Positions 1-13,580 are shown, counted from the whole stretch's first letter. The stretch is 54,616 bases of DNA, filler included, from Sphacelaria rigidula (GCA_964200075.2; 4 parts of 4 records of this genome joined end to end with filler, not necessarily neighbours in it), one strand, 5' to 3'. The notes: a model not told the origin generated them from the letters alone. Numbers and translations: made by a program.

Positions 1-2108
1 TACAAAATCATTTCCGAGGGAAAATACTTTTGCACCTCCAGGATACAATTTCACGTGTCGTTCATCCTCAACAAAAAGCACCATCCTCAACATAGATGAT
101 CCGCTGTTTGTTGGCACCCCTGTTTTTTGAAGAGCTTGTCCGGTCAAAAATAAATTCCTCTTCGCTCTATTCAAATCGGGTGAAGAGGAATTTACCTCGG
201 ACAGGAGGACAAGGTATTGAAGATACATGAATTTACAGATTTTGTACCAAAATCTTGGGAATTTTCAAAAGAACACCTTGAGGTTTTTCCACCAAAACAC
301 TACCACATGACTGTGCAGGGCTTTGCTGACGTACGTGCCTACACAGGGCTGCAAATCCAACCCTGAGGAAAACCCTATCGAAACGCTACGAGGGGTACAG
401 ATTTCGCATTCATTGTCAGGGTTTTTTCACAATGACTGTGGAGGACCCAGTACGGCCCCTGCACTGTGCGCCCCACAGGGTGCTATCTGTCCACGTGTGA
501 GGATGGGGTGCAGACTCGACTCAGATAGTCGATCAATGGACACGACTGCGATAGTCGATCAATGGACACGGCTGACTGCCGATGAACATGAGGTAAAAGT
601 GTATACAAAGCTTTGTTGATGAAGAGGGAAGGAAGGGGAGTGATCGCAGTTGGGATCAAGGTTCCAGAATGCGACGAGCACCACTCACGTACGTCTAGTC
701 GCCAACATCACAATATCAAGTCATCCCGCGTAGTACCCGGAACTCAAAACAGGTATGCCACTAGACCATTGTACCTTGTCCCGACAAGGTGCATGTTACT
801 GACCATCCCGGGCCATCCTACGAACACGAGTAATGTGAGGCATGGGGGATAGCGGCGCTTGGAGTACTGAGCAACAGATCCGCCGTCAGGTTCGGTTGCC
901 TGATGTGGCGGAAAAGACTGCAGCAGCTCATACATTGTTAGAATACTGGCGTTGCCCTGACAAATAACGTTGTTCCTTGTGATGCTACGACAAGGAACTG
1001 TCACCTTCGAGGCAGGCCGTAGGCACTACTACTCCGCATGAATGCCGAACCTGGAGGACGACGTGATACCGCGGCTTTTACTTCTACTTTTCGAATGAAA
1101 ACATGGCATGAAACTTGCACCGTTGGGTCGTGCCGGAGGTTAGCAGGGCCCACCCAGGGATCTGTTCATCGCTGTTGTCTCATCCAGCTCAAAGTTACAG
1201 GTTCAAGTACACCACGCGGTCATTTGCCACGGGTTCGGGCAAACAAGTCCCAGCAACAACCCAAAATGAATAAACCCGAAGGGAGTCCTCAGGTCAGGTG
1301 GCGGCTCGAGAATTGAGGGTTTTAGATCAAAAAAGAGGGGAGGGATTTCTGCTGCCAGGAAGAGCGTTCGAGGAATCTTTGGCGGGTCCACCTTCAACAT
1401 CTACAGTCACGCACTCCCTTCCCGTATTTACGATGCTTGATTTTTGTGGGGTGGAGTACGCAGTAGGCACGCTCCAAACCTCGAGGACAGTACACGGCAA
1501 GGGGGTGATACTGCAGCAGGCAGCACACACACGCTAAAACACCTGATCCGACCTAGTCGGACACCCAACACGCGGCAGTGCCTGGGGAAAGACGTGACCG
1601 ACAAGCGGGTAATCGATGATGCAGCACAAATATAACATATGCTGATTTTCGACAACTGAGCGAAGAATAACAGTGAGGATTACATTTTGTTCCGGTGAAT
1701 TAACAAAAATGACCTAGAGATATTACGGGTCATCAAATCAAATCATCAAGCAATTCGCCACAATAGTGCGCCCTAGCTACCGTGTCACCATCCCCCGTCT
1801 ATCCATCGCCGTCTCCACGTAGACTACCTGCACAAACACTCGTAACATGTACTCGTAGTGAGAACAGGGGAGGCTTCGCACGGAAATCCTCGACCATGAA
1901 CACCAAACGACGAGAGGCGACCAATCAATCCAACTAGGGATCACAACTCTCCGCTACTCAACACCTCGACATGATCCTTTAAATTTTGTAATGCGAATCA
2001 GTGGCATCAGACATACCCTCTTGACCACGAAATCAGCAAAACTCACTGAAATTGAAAGTCTTCAATATTCAAAAACCGCGAACATCGAATATTCCATAGA
2101 TGCGTTTG

Positions 2109-2111
<3 letters not shown>

Positions 2112-2158
<47 letters not shown>
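2112..2158. repeat. Poly-C tract beside a short N gap
   Basis: About 47 consecutive C; Ns at 2217-2226; low-quality sequence likely. Confidence 0.9.
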
Positions 2159-2161
<3 letters not shown>

Positions 2162-3699
2162 TCCAACAACACCACACCCCCCCCCCGACCGCCGGCGGTG
2201 CGGGGCGCGGGGTGCGNNNNNNNNNNAAAAAACACAAAGAGAAAAGAATTACACTAAACAACACCCCCACAACCAAAACATCCTACATGCGTTGTGCTAC
2301 CCCCCCCCCCCCCCCCCATCCGCCCAAGGCTCTCATTCCTACGAAAGTTCTCAAAACATCCGACTACCGCCGTGAGTGACCTGGGTCTCGCGAGCACGTT
2401 TCGAGAGACATGGTCACAACAAATCATCCCACAATGACCGTCGAGGGGGTGAAGCTAAAGCGACTCGAGTAGTTCGGTCCGATGACACACCTGTGAAACC
2501 CTGTTTTCGTGAAATCATCCCCCCGCCCCACGCCCCCCCCCCTCCTCCTCCCCCCATCGTAGCAATACTCGACGATAAAGAACCCGAAAAAACACCACAT
2601 GTCACCAAGAAACGCGGAGGGGATTTATCACAGGGTGATGTTGAAGAATTACTTCGAGTATATTCCCTGCATATCAGACTAGAGTACTAGCAACGACAAT
2701 AGCAACATCACTACCGGACTGACGTGGAGCACGGAAACAGACCCGTCAGATGACCTCACACCTGTTATGCAGGGAAAGCTAGAGTGGGCGCCGGGTCCGA
2801 TTTCCAACATGGTATGATATCAAACGAGGAGATGCATGACGCCGGGGGAAAAAATCGAATACTTACCAAAAAGCAAGATTATGGTAAGAGTGCAGTCGCA
2901 ACAACCGACACGCCATGACGTTCAGCTGGAAAATTGCGCAAAGTGAAGAAAAAATCTGTCAGCAGCATAATCACGCCCAAACACACGCACGCGTCACCGT
3001 GTGCTCTCTCCGTGTCTGGACAAACTTTCCCGAAAAAATATATACGAAAGGCGAGGGGGAAAATACGGAAGTACCCGCGCACGCTTTCAATGCTTTCCAT
3101 ACTCGTCCCAAGGAGTTGCCCGTCTAAACAAAAAGTAGCCCGTAGCGTCTTCGGTGACCCAGTACCAGCTAAGGCGCAGAAGTGACGGGTTTGTTCATCA
3201 TCCAATAAGTGCGTGAAAGCTGCCGATCGTATGCTCCTACTTTTACACCATTAGAAAACAGGGAGCGGGGACAACCAGTCCCACGAGGCAAACAATGGTC
3301 GTAACGAAAAGGGTACAACTGACCAAAAAATTGACCTTGTAATAATATTCCATCACTCCTCATCATACAATTGACTTACAGCTTATTTGTTTCACTCCCA
3401 TCATCTAGGAAGCATAGTGAGTACAAAGAGCTACCTATTAACGGAGTTGTCGCTCGCGTCATTTCTGGATTCCAAAAATATAGAACCCGGACCTACTCTA
3501 CCAGTGCCCATGGGTTGGCACCTCAACCCCCAGAGCCGCACGACACAAGAAATAAACGAACCCCACTTGGGGAAATTAAAACAATCTCGCATCCAGATGT
3601 GAAGAGACACGCGGGCATCGAAGATAGATGAGTACTTTTTTTTCACACTACCATCACAGGGATCAAGAATAAGAGAAGTTTCTTGTCCTATTGCTATTT

Positions 3700-6600
3700 T
3701 CACTTCTCGTAGACGCTGATAGCGTCGAATCCACCGCATACGGCAGACGAGTCACCGACGCAGCTGTATGTGCATTCGCCCTCCTCCGTGTCGAGAGTGT
3801 CGCCCCCAGTACCACAGAAGCACTGCATCCCGTACTGGGTACCGAAATACTTCGACGATGGACACAGCTCCGCGCACAACTGAGAGGAAAATAAGAAAAA
3901 ACAGAAACGGGTCGAGAAATGCAGAGTGTTGACCTGGCGTTCATACAGTTGTGCCACCTCAAATCAATTTACTGGTGACGATACGCGGCACCAATCGGCT
4001 GGTCAGTACACCGTGCTGTACCGCTTAGAGGAATGGGAGGGGGGGGGGCATATTTCCCACATTTACACCTCAAATCGTCGCGAACGCTTGTTCCAAGGTT
4101 TTCGTGAGAAGTTGGGTGCGGATTGGGAGTGGCTTTGATCGTTTGCTTTAACTTGGCCACTTTTTCGTTCCGTGTGTGCTTTTCGTCGTCTCATCACTGC
4201 CATGTGATTACAGCTACACGATGGTATCCTACTCAGGGGTATCGGGGGCCTCAGTGGCAAGCTACTACAGAGAGAATATTGGGCCTGGTGGAGGTGCATT
4301 TCTGAACTGAAACGACTTATTCAGTAGTTGACCGTTCTTCACTCTCAATCGTACCTTCAACTTTCAATTTCACAAAAACGTTGATTTGTATGAACACGCT
4401 TGCTACCGATAAATAACGCCCATCAATTCTTCTGACCCCGATTTCAGTCAAATACAAAATCACCGAGATTGTCTTGACTCGCCTGACACTCCTTCAAGCG
4501 TTGCTGTTCGCGTCATTATTCATCACATCATTCCTTCCTTCGCTGGATGAGCCCGTACCAGGCAGAGTTCACTCAACCTAATCCGGTCCCCATACCTAGA
4601 TTTCTGGCATCGCTATTTTGGCCAGGTCTTCCCAATCAGTATTCCCTGACCGTGTTCACTCGAGTGCTACAGGATTTCAGTCGCCCCTCACATCCACACA
4701 TGAAGAACTCCGGGATTCAAAGAAATCCGTCTCAGACAGAATTCCACCCATATCTCCCGGGATTCTTACCCGCAAGCGTCCCTTCTCCACCAATTACAGG
4801 TGTGCCACGTGCGAATGAAGGGGTCATACCAAGTCGGTGGACATACGCCGAATAGTTATCAGACGTGGTCAGGCACGCGAGAGACCGAGGAAGGAAAAAA
4901 AGACGCTCAGCGTCGCCGTTGGCCTCCACCCCGAACGCTATGATCTGACGTGCGCTTTTCGGTGCCTTCTTCCATCAGACGCAAGTTACCCCGGGAATTC
5001 CAAGTGCATTGTTTTCGGCGATTGTTATACCTGTGACTGTCTACAGGCAATGCATGCAAACTGAAAGTCCCTTTACTATTATTCGCGTCGAAACACGATA
5101 GAGTCCCATCACGAGGCAAGTCATATTAGTAAGGTGTCTTGCCAGAACTTTATTCCTCCGCATTAACTCATCCACTCACATCGGTACTCATGTTCTCCGT
5201 GTCCTTCGTTTCGTCACCGCTCAGAAGGCGATTATCCTTGCTGTCCGCAAAGCACCCCATATACGTATACTTCGATGCTTCCACAGGCGCGGGGGCCGGC
5301 GGCGCGGGCGCGCCACCTCCGAAGGAGTACACGCTGATGGCGTCGAAACCGCCGCACGTCTGAGAGGTGTCACCGGTGCATTTGAAGTTGCAGGCGGTCG
5401 ACTCTTTGTGGTCGAGCTCGTCACCCTTCACGCTGCAGAAGCACTGATGATTCATATCAAAACATTGTGTTTTTTATGTGGGTTTGTTTGATAGGGGAGG
5501 GAGGGGACGGAATTGCAAAGTTAGCTTTCACGAAAGTGCACGATGGAGACGACGGGCGTGCCAAACCCCATCCATTGGGCAGTCACAATCAATCTCGGTG
5601 AAAAACATGAGCGGGGAAGAGTTAAAATCCGATCTGCGGAAAAGAAATTTTGCTACTCGTACCTCGAGTATCGTGCTGTTGGAACACAAAAAATGAAGTA
5701 CGTACAAACTACACTCAAGGTGCACGTGTGTAGGACCGCGACCAGTCTCGGAGTGGATGGACAAAAAACACCGCGACAACCGAATTACACATGTGCGGAT
5801 AGAGGTAGCGCGTGTGGTCAAGTTCAGAAAATCAACACAACGCGCAGCCTCGCGAGGAATCGAAGGCGATCCCCAGCGCGACAAAAGAGATATATTGCTT
5901 CTCGTCGCGATGACATTGTGTTGAGTGCAAGAAGTTTGACTTTTGTTTGCGGTCAAACGTTTCCCTGGGCGGGGTCAGATTCGAATGAAAGCCCTTCTCG
6001 AGGGAAGAATCCTTGCAGTTCTTTGTTGGTCATCACTTAGATGTCCGTCTTTTTTTCAGCCCTCGCGAACGTGCGGCGGCTTGGCTCTTAGTGCAGATAC
6101 TTTCGACGTTGAAGATGTCAAGATCTTGAAAATCGGGATGGGACGAGGATGGACACCACGACGGGTCGAGGACAATCTCACCTGCTTCCCGTACTCGGTT
6201 CCGAAGTAAGTGGATCCTGAGCACAGGGCAGCGCACGCCTAAAAAGACACGTATCCAGGAAAAGGACGATTGACGAGGGGGCGAACAGACATGGTTACTG
6301 TAATAAGCTTCGATGAGAGCAAGATAAATACAAAACTTCACGTCGCCAGTTTCCAATACCGAGAGTGAACCAGGCAAGTGAAGAGTAGTCCGGCTCGTTT
6401 CGGAAAGACAAAGGGCTCCTTCGCGTACATGACCATGGGCAGATCGGGCGAATAGCTCAGAGAACGTCGGATGAGTGTGCGTTGTTGATATCATGGGCAG
6501 ACCTAAGTTGGGTCAAGAATTGTACGTCGGAGCTTTAGCCAATCAACGCTTTTCTTGTACCCAGGACGCGTCAATCGCCACAAGCCGCGAGCCTCGATAC

Positions 6601-9600
6601 GCTGACATGAGGATGGAATGCTCCCGGCAGTGTTTACGGGCGTATGGTATGCGACTGAACGTTTGACGAAGCGACTGTCGAGGTACGAGTCGACCCTCGG
6701 TGGCAGGTTAAGGGCCCCGCACAGGGCCGGTCGCCCGGGTGGCTCAGCTGTCTCCTCGAATGCTCCTGACGGTTGGGAAGTGGGTTTGAATCTCGGTGAA
6801 GCAACAACAGTGGAAAGCGTCTACTGTACGTCGTGGGTATACAAAGTTCGGCTTTACCCTGGCTTTACGATCGACACGATGAAAAAGTGATTCCGGAGGC
6901 ATCACACTACTAACTCGCATTTTTCCTGCAGGGTGAGGTACAGATGAGTTCGCAGAGGGATCGATGAGGACAGGTCGGAATCTTTAGCGCCGTGTGACTT
7001 GTAAGTGAAGGCCCCGGTCGACCGGTTACGTCAGTCACGACATCGGTATTGTCTTTCCTGACACAGGCTCGATACTTGGGAAGCGAGTGATCGAACGCTG
7101 ACCGCCAGCGAATGTCTTACCGCGTTGGTCATATCCGGCCCGTCATCCTCCACCAGGTTGGATAGTACTCGGTCATTCTTGAGGTCCTCGAAACAACCCT
7201 GGAATGTGTATTCTTCGACTGGCCCGTTTGTTGGTTCCTCGACAGGCCCCTCGCCTGGTGAGTCGATAAAAGGTCATGAGCAACACGAGCGGAAAGTCAT
7301 GGACTCTCTCGAGCCACATCATGTCTACACCCGCGCTTGCTTCGTCGGCGACGAAGTTCATTGAGGTAGACGAGCATGCTGACTATTTAGTCATCAAACC
7401 ACCTAGAATGACCACCCTACCGTAAAGACCCGAACTTCGGTGACCGAAGGGTGCAAAACCTATGGATCATGATCGCCCCATACTTGTAATCACCATGAAC
7501 TAGGTGATACTCGATACAGATCTTGGGGGATGGCTAAAGGCCTTGTGAGCGAGGGCAACTCAAGGCATTATGAGGAACGCGTGCACAATGAATGAACCTC
7601 CGCCAATCAAGATGGACCAAAATATTCTACGGGTCTCTTGTCAAAGGCAAAACGGACCAGAGAGGGCCTCATATTCCCTGCAACCACAATTGGACCATCC
7701 CAACACGTGAACCATGTCTCACCTGGGACTGTAAATGGCGCCAGTGTGAGGACATATCGAGATAATGCAACAACAGTCAACGTCCCGTCAGATTCTCGGG
7801 GATCCAGCACACTCCGATAGGTTGTCAATCGGGCATCGTCACGTGATGGCATCCTCATACTGTCTTCCTATATATGAAGTTACTACTCGATGGGGGTATA
7901 GATGGCCTAGTCTGCTGCACGGCGATTTAGACCGCACGATGCTGGGATTCCAGCACGTATCCGTAGTACAGTACTGGCAGTATACAGTATTCGGAAACAA
8001 ATCAATGCTCCTGTCAATCGTAGATTCGTTTCCGTTCAGACGCAGTTACAACGATCCAGAGTTCAGTGTTGGTCAGACATTTAGAATATTCCCCAAGTAT
8101 AAGGAGAACGTCTGTTCGCCCAGATTGGGTCGCAGCATCCGAACACTGAAACACGGAGAGTAAGCGGGACTTCAAAATTCCTGAGGATCTCGTCTCAAGA
8201 TCGAAAATTACACGACAGGAACCAGGAGATATTGCTCATTATACGTCCACGTCGAAACATGATACCGGCGAAACGTTGTTACCTTCGCCTTCCATCGGAG
8301 CAGGAGTTTCTCCATCGACAGGAGAGGGAACAGGAGGCCCTGCGTCCCCGTAAGAGTAGACGGTGATGGCACCGAAGCCTCCGCATTTTTGAGTGGAGTC
8401 GCCTCCGCAGTCGTAGTTGCAGATGCCGGCGTCCGTGTCGAGCAAGTCGCCCTCCACGCTACAGAAACACTGGGAAAATGAAGGCCGACGGGGTACTGGT
8501 TCAGGGAATATCACGCATGAAACATTCGTGCAATTGAGCGTAGTCTACGGGTAACTAGTCTGTAGTTACAACGGCGCCTGGACGTGAATACGGGAATGAA
8601 TATGTGTACTGTAATGCATGTGTAGAGTAGATCAAATCGTAATGATTTCCGTTTTTGTTCCAACTTATTCGTGGTGCTTCCGCGCCATCCTTCACCGTCG
8701 TGGTACAACACTGAACTATCACGGAGTGGATTAGGGCCCCGGGACCTGATCTACTCCCGCCGAAAGTGTTCCGCTGCTCAGGTCTCGGTGGTATTCAATG
8801 AGGGAATTTGTTTTCAACGTAGAAGCAATGACTCTCCCTCAAAGGATTCAAGCCCAAAAAGTATGCCCAGACTTCGTTAAACTCTCTTCGGTTCAAAACA
8901 ACGCCGCGCGACTCGCACTTTGTCGATTGTAATCAAACTAGTACTTGAAAAGCCGAACGTTCGTCACGTAATAATTTACGCTACACGGTATCGTGTTTTG
9001 TTCGCAAAAGCACGCCTTTGTCGCAACCCGGCACGTGAAGCGACGGCTCTCACCTGAATTCCGTACTCGGTGCCGAAGTATGTAGAACCCTCGCAGAGCC
9101 CGGCGCACACCTGAACCACGTGGAGGAAGAGCAACACAACACCAAGAAGACACGACAGTGGTTGGTCGTTCGCAAAGCTTCACGGGTAGATATTTCATGG
9201 TCAAGCTCTGGAAAGCATGTCTCGCGTGTCCTCTTTAGTGGGCGGGCAGACAAAACACCGCAAACCATATCTGTCCGGCAACCACGTCTGGATTGATGGC
9301 ACATTTGTTCGCATTCCCGTGCTTCCATGCGCCGCATGTCAATATCTCCGGTATGGGGCAGGGCCCATCAACGATAGATGTATTATTCTGATTTTTACAT
9401 TGGCACACCTCGGTCGTCATGTCCTTGTCATCATCTTCGATGAGATTGCTGAGCAAGCGAGCCTCTTGGAAATCGGCGAAGCAGCCCTCGAAAACGTAGT
9501 CGCCCACCGGGTCAGGAGTGGGAGTCGGGGGCGTCGGAGTCGTGGGGCCCGTGGAAGGGCCTGTGGAGGGGCCTTGAATCGTGTAGATCTAAGATCAAGC

Positions 9601-12600
9601 GATATAGTTGACCGTACAAGGTCGGTACGGGAAAACACATGGCGGAAGATTATTCGCCGATTCATCATTTGACAGTGGAAGTAGACAGCGTGGTTTACCA
9701 TACGAAAGAGTGGTAATCCAAGATGAACTTGCATGTGGCTATAGGCTGATTCACGGTTTCAACCGACGATAGCCCCCCCCGCTAAAGTGTGGCTGGTTTG
9801 GGAAGGCAAAATCCACAGGTTTATCGAAATGAAAAGGGTCGAGCACAACGAGCAGCTGGGAATTCCAACGCTTGGGTTTGTTTTCTCTAATGTCGCCTAT
9901 AAGAGGCGCTTCATGCAGCCTGAAATCAAAGATCAGGCGCTGTGTGACCATTTTTCTTGTGACAGCTTTGGGCTGGTTCTGTGGGGCGGGGAGTTACGGT
10001 AAAACGTGGCTAAACAAATGCTCTTGGCTATACCTACTCGATCACCACATGAACTGTGTCATACTGATCGCCATGGATAACTGGAGAGGATGCCATAGTC
10101 GGATTGTTACTCGAGACCATGGTGGTGGCGTGAGGGCAAAAAACTCCACCACTCACTTGCCTTAAAATCGTTATTAAACAAAAACAGGATCTCCGCACAC
10201 AACTACTTTCCAAAATCCACACGCTCAAGCATTTTGTTACAGCGATCAAGAACCAAATGAGAGCAGAAAAATGGAAACGATGTACATGTGATTGAATCAT
10301 ATAAAAAACGGCGATATTTCGGTGATACGACTTGAGGGTACTAAACTTTCAGGCCACCCTGTTCATGCCAATTAATGACGAATCAGAAACTTCGCACACG
10401 TATACTGCATGGCGTTTCGAAAATTTACAAGAGAGGTGTTTCTCGCCAATTTTCGGGGGTCCCGACTGCAACTTGTTACTGCAGAAGTCCTGCTTTCATG
10501 AGTGCTTATCGAGCAAGAGTGTTCTTGATGAGACTTCGACACGAAACGCGTTGCACCCGCAAACGACGGATCATACCCCCACTTGGCACGCAGTGCGCGC
10601 ACCAGTGCATTTCAAGCTTCAATATTTCTCCCCAATAGCCCCCCCATAGGGCGAGGGACGAGAAACTCACCGTAGCCACCGTAGTGAATACCCCAGAATG
10701 AAAAATGAAAAGGCGAAGACACGTCATGGAGAAGTTGTTTTTGCGCACTTCCATCATCAGAACAAAATCAACAGGGTGGCGAGATTACGGCGGCGAGTTT
10801 TCACCTCGATGGCTCCAACTCCACCGCAGGTTGCGGCGGGGAATCCAGTACACGACATGGTGCACTCCTCTTCCGGGAGGAGGCCGTACTTGTCGTACTC
10901 TGCGTCGACAGCTCCGCACCAGCACTGGTAGCCGAACTCGACGCCGGAGAACGTCGCGCCCTCAGTAGCGCAGTAGGATGCACAGACCTGTTATGTAGTG
11001 GCATGACCCATGCAGAAGGGAATGCACGATTTATGATTTCAGCCAGTTCATCTTTGAATCGCTACAGTGGGTCCTCTGTTGGGTCGGGACAGTTCAAACG
11101 CGAAAAACTTGTGAATGTGGTCGCCAAGTATTGGTGCTCGAAGGATTGTACATGTCGCGCAACATGATCCACCCGTCATTATGACTGTCGCTGAACACCC
11201 AAGTCTACTAGTAACGTGGAAAATCGAACGATCGCTCCAGTCGACCAAGTGGGACAAAGCATACTCAGCACCTTCATTATGGAAGGAACATTAGCTCACC
11301 GCGGGGTTCATAGCCTGCTGTTTCTCGGGACACTCAGACTCGGGCGTGAGCGTCAGCACGCGGTCGCTAGGGTTCGGGTTTCCGAAGCAGCCCACGCGCT
11401 GGAAAATCGTTCCGGGAAGAGGCAAGGGCAGGAAGGAGAACGGTAAAAGTGGATGCGCGGGGACAGACACCAGTCGAAAATGCGTCAGGGTATTGTTCGA
11501 GGAGAAACGGCCGAGGGATTCGTCTTGACCGTGTTCCATATGTGTCGCGCGTGTCAAGAGGTATAACAACGAGAAGGTGACCTTTCACGATACCCAGATT
11601 CCATGACCGTGACAGAAAATGAGAATGATAACGATGACTGAAAGCACATGCTGCACGGCAACAGACGGACGTTCCAAACTCTGACAAGTGAAATTGACGA
11701 TGGTCCCGCGACGGTTGTTCCTCCATGTATACAAGGAGTGTGAGCGTATTCTGCCACAAGACATACTGTGCCACAACGCACGGTATGCGAGAGAACACCC
11801 CAAAACATCCAGGAGCGTCCAATGGGACGACAGGTACACATATGGAGGTTTTATCTCAAAAAGGCCGTCTCAACTCACCTCGATATCTTGCGCGTCTCCT
11901 TGAGGCAGGCACGTGGAGAAGCACAGGTCACCGCACGGGAGCAAGTACACTCTCCAGTCGTACACACCACCTCCAACCTTATTCCTAGTGATGACGTAGA
12001 TTTCACCCTGTTGTCGTATCGACACGAGCAATTGTTCGAAGCAGAGGGAACACGAGAACGCATCAGGATCTGGGTCAGAGCATTGTCCCGGTGCAATTCA
12101 TCTGGGAAAATTCCACCAATGGGCGTGACGTAGGGTGCTGCCGCCAAGGTTGAGGTGCACGTCTTGTGGTGAAGTTATTTCCACTTGTTCAGTGCCACCC
12201 ACAGTTGTTACCCTCTGGTTTCGCATCTGCATGATCTCACAAGTGGTGCGCAAGTAATGATGAACGTATAGTCGGCCATCAGAGCGAGCGTCCCGTCCGC
12301 AGTCATCGCACGGGGGTATATTTAGCCATCGATACTGCCCGCCGCGACTCTGATCGTTATCGTTCACGTAACTTGTAAAACATACTCTGTAGATGAAAAC
12401 ATGATATCAAGATTTTACAATAATAGTAGGGCGGCCATAGTGGAACTGGAAAATAACGGGAAGAGAGTAACTGCGCATGGTCCCCACATTTCCTGCCCAA
12501 CACGCCCGCTTACAATTCATCACTTACCACGCCAATAATGACTAGACCGCCCCCCCCCACCGCTGCTCCGATATCCACAAACGAATCGTCAATAGTAAGA

Positions 12601-12720
12601 ACCAAGCCGCTTTCGCTCACCGAGTTATCCTGAGCGAAGGAGATGACGTTGACGCTACCGTCGCCGACGATGGTGCCCTGAACCCATTCGCCGTTCACGA
12701 CCTTGAGGTAGTACAGGTTA
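3700..12720 (-). CDS. Glucose/sorbosone dehydrogenase-like (HHIPL/GSDH beta-propeller, C-terminal end) plus 4 WSC domains; 5'-partial, 11 exons
   Basis: Phase-compatible GT-AG exons (transcribed high to low): 12621-12720 (NLYYLKVVNGEWVQGTIVGDGSVNVISFAQDNS), 11879-12007 (GEIYVITRN...PCGDLCFSTCLPQGDAQDIE), 11300-11398 (RVGCFGNPNPSDRVL...MNPA), 10805-10987 (VCASYCATEGATFSGVEFGYQCWCG...CTMSCTG...CGGVGAIE), 9409-9588 (IYT...YVFEGCFADFQEARLL...MTTE), 9054-9110 (VCAGLCEGSTYFGTEYGIQ), 8283-8469 (CFCS...CNYDCGGDSTQKCGG), 7121-7254 (YTFQGCFEDLKNDRVL...MTNA), 6182-6238 (ACAALCSGSTYFGTEYGKQ), 5180-5443 (CFCS...YMGCFADSKDNRLL...MSTD), 3700-3879 (LCAELC...CGGFDAISVYEK*). The WSC pattern GCFxD...M...C...C...G.EYG.QCFC...C...C.G.....CGG occurs four times. 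SFAQDNS/GEIYV resembles the SFxEDxxGELY end of GSDH/HHIPL propellers. WSC call is strong; dehydrogenase call is moderate. Confidence 0.88.
6733..6800 (+). mobile_element. Degenerate tRNA-derived SINE-like head, in an intron
   Basis: A-box-like GTGGCTCAGCTG and B-box-like GGGTTTGAATCTC with tRNA-like spacing; no cloverleaf. Confidence 0.4.
9766..10000 (-). mobile_element. MITE, family with CGATAGCCCCCC termini (inverted copy)
   Basis: Reverse-complement similarity to 43024-43253, 43766-43993 and 54251-54489 (shared AACCCAAGCGT-GGAATTCCCAG and CAGGCTGCATGAAG). Confidence 0.7.
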
Positions 12721-13499
12721 CTGGGATGGAAGGCAAAAAGGAAGATATGCGCACGTAAAGTTACGACGAGGTGAGCAATGACGTTGCGGCTCGTCAAATA
12801 AAGTACGATATGTGGGCCAATTTCACCACCTGATGACATGATATCACGCAGCAACGAAGAGCCTTCGTACGCGAAGCACAACGGTCAACAGGAAGTTGAG
12901 TTCAATATCGGGGGAAATATGAACTGTTGAGCAACATTTGTGTCAGCGTCCTCCGAACGTCATGGCCATCCATCCCTCGGGGAAAAATAGACGACTGTCC
13001 AAGGGTCTGCCGGGAGAAACATTTTGAACACGTAGGTGCAAAGATCGAAAATTTGAGTACTTCAGGAGGGTTGGGGGGGGGACTCTCGCCTGTTATCCCC
13101 TAGTATAGGCCTGAGGCGCCGGCGGATGCGGTCAGCTGTTGTGCTCATAAATCATTGGCATGGAGACCGGTGAGGTGGCGGACACGCCGCGCCCCCCAGC
13201 ATCTCATCAGTTCTCTCTACTAGGAGCCAGGGCAAGTTTGGCAGGGCGCGAGGTTGTGTTGCTATGCTGACTGCAGGCTGCCGCTACCGTGCGCTTGTGT
13301 GCATACATGTGTGAGCACCGCCAGCAATTGAGATAATCGGGACAAAGCGGGAAAGGGGCAAAAGCAAGTATACGTGTACGTCGCAGAGCCCACCAGACGC
13401 TTCGTCTTTTTTTGTAAGCGATTCTCGACCAATTTTAACGATTTCAAGGGAAAATCACAAAAATCCCAACGATTCTAAAAAATCCCCTTTCCGGACAGG

Positions 13500-13580
13500 G
13501 GAGGGAAGGGGCGTTCTCATGTGTTGCTTGCCTTAGTCGTCTGACCATTGACCACGCATCCCTTTCGAGACGGAGCACAG
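13500..13580. repeat. End of a repeat shared with the window end
   Basis: TGACCATTGACCACGCATCCCTTTCGAGACGGAGC is identical at 13542-13576 and 54582-54616. Confidence 0.85.

Noticed and set aside
600..1660. Possible exons or retroelement remnant
   Set aside because: Some splice-like sites, but no recognisable protein motif or consistent exon chain.
1991..2690. Proline-rich ORFs
   Set aside because: They arise from poly-C tracts beside an N gap; no coding support.
2860..2868. U1 snRNA 5' end (ATACTTACC)
   Set aside because: No further U1 similarity; it is simply a GGTAAGTAT donor-like site on the - strand.
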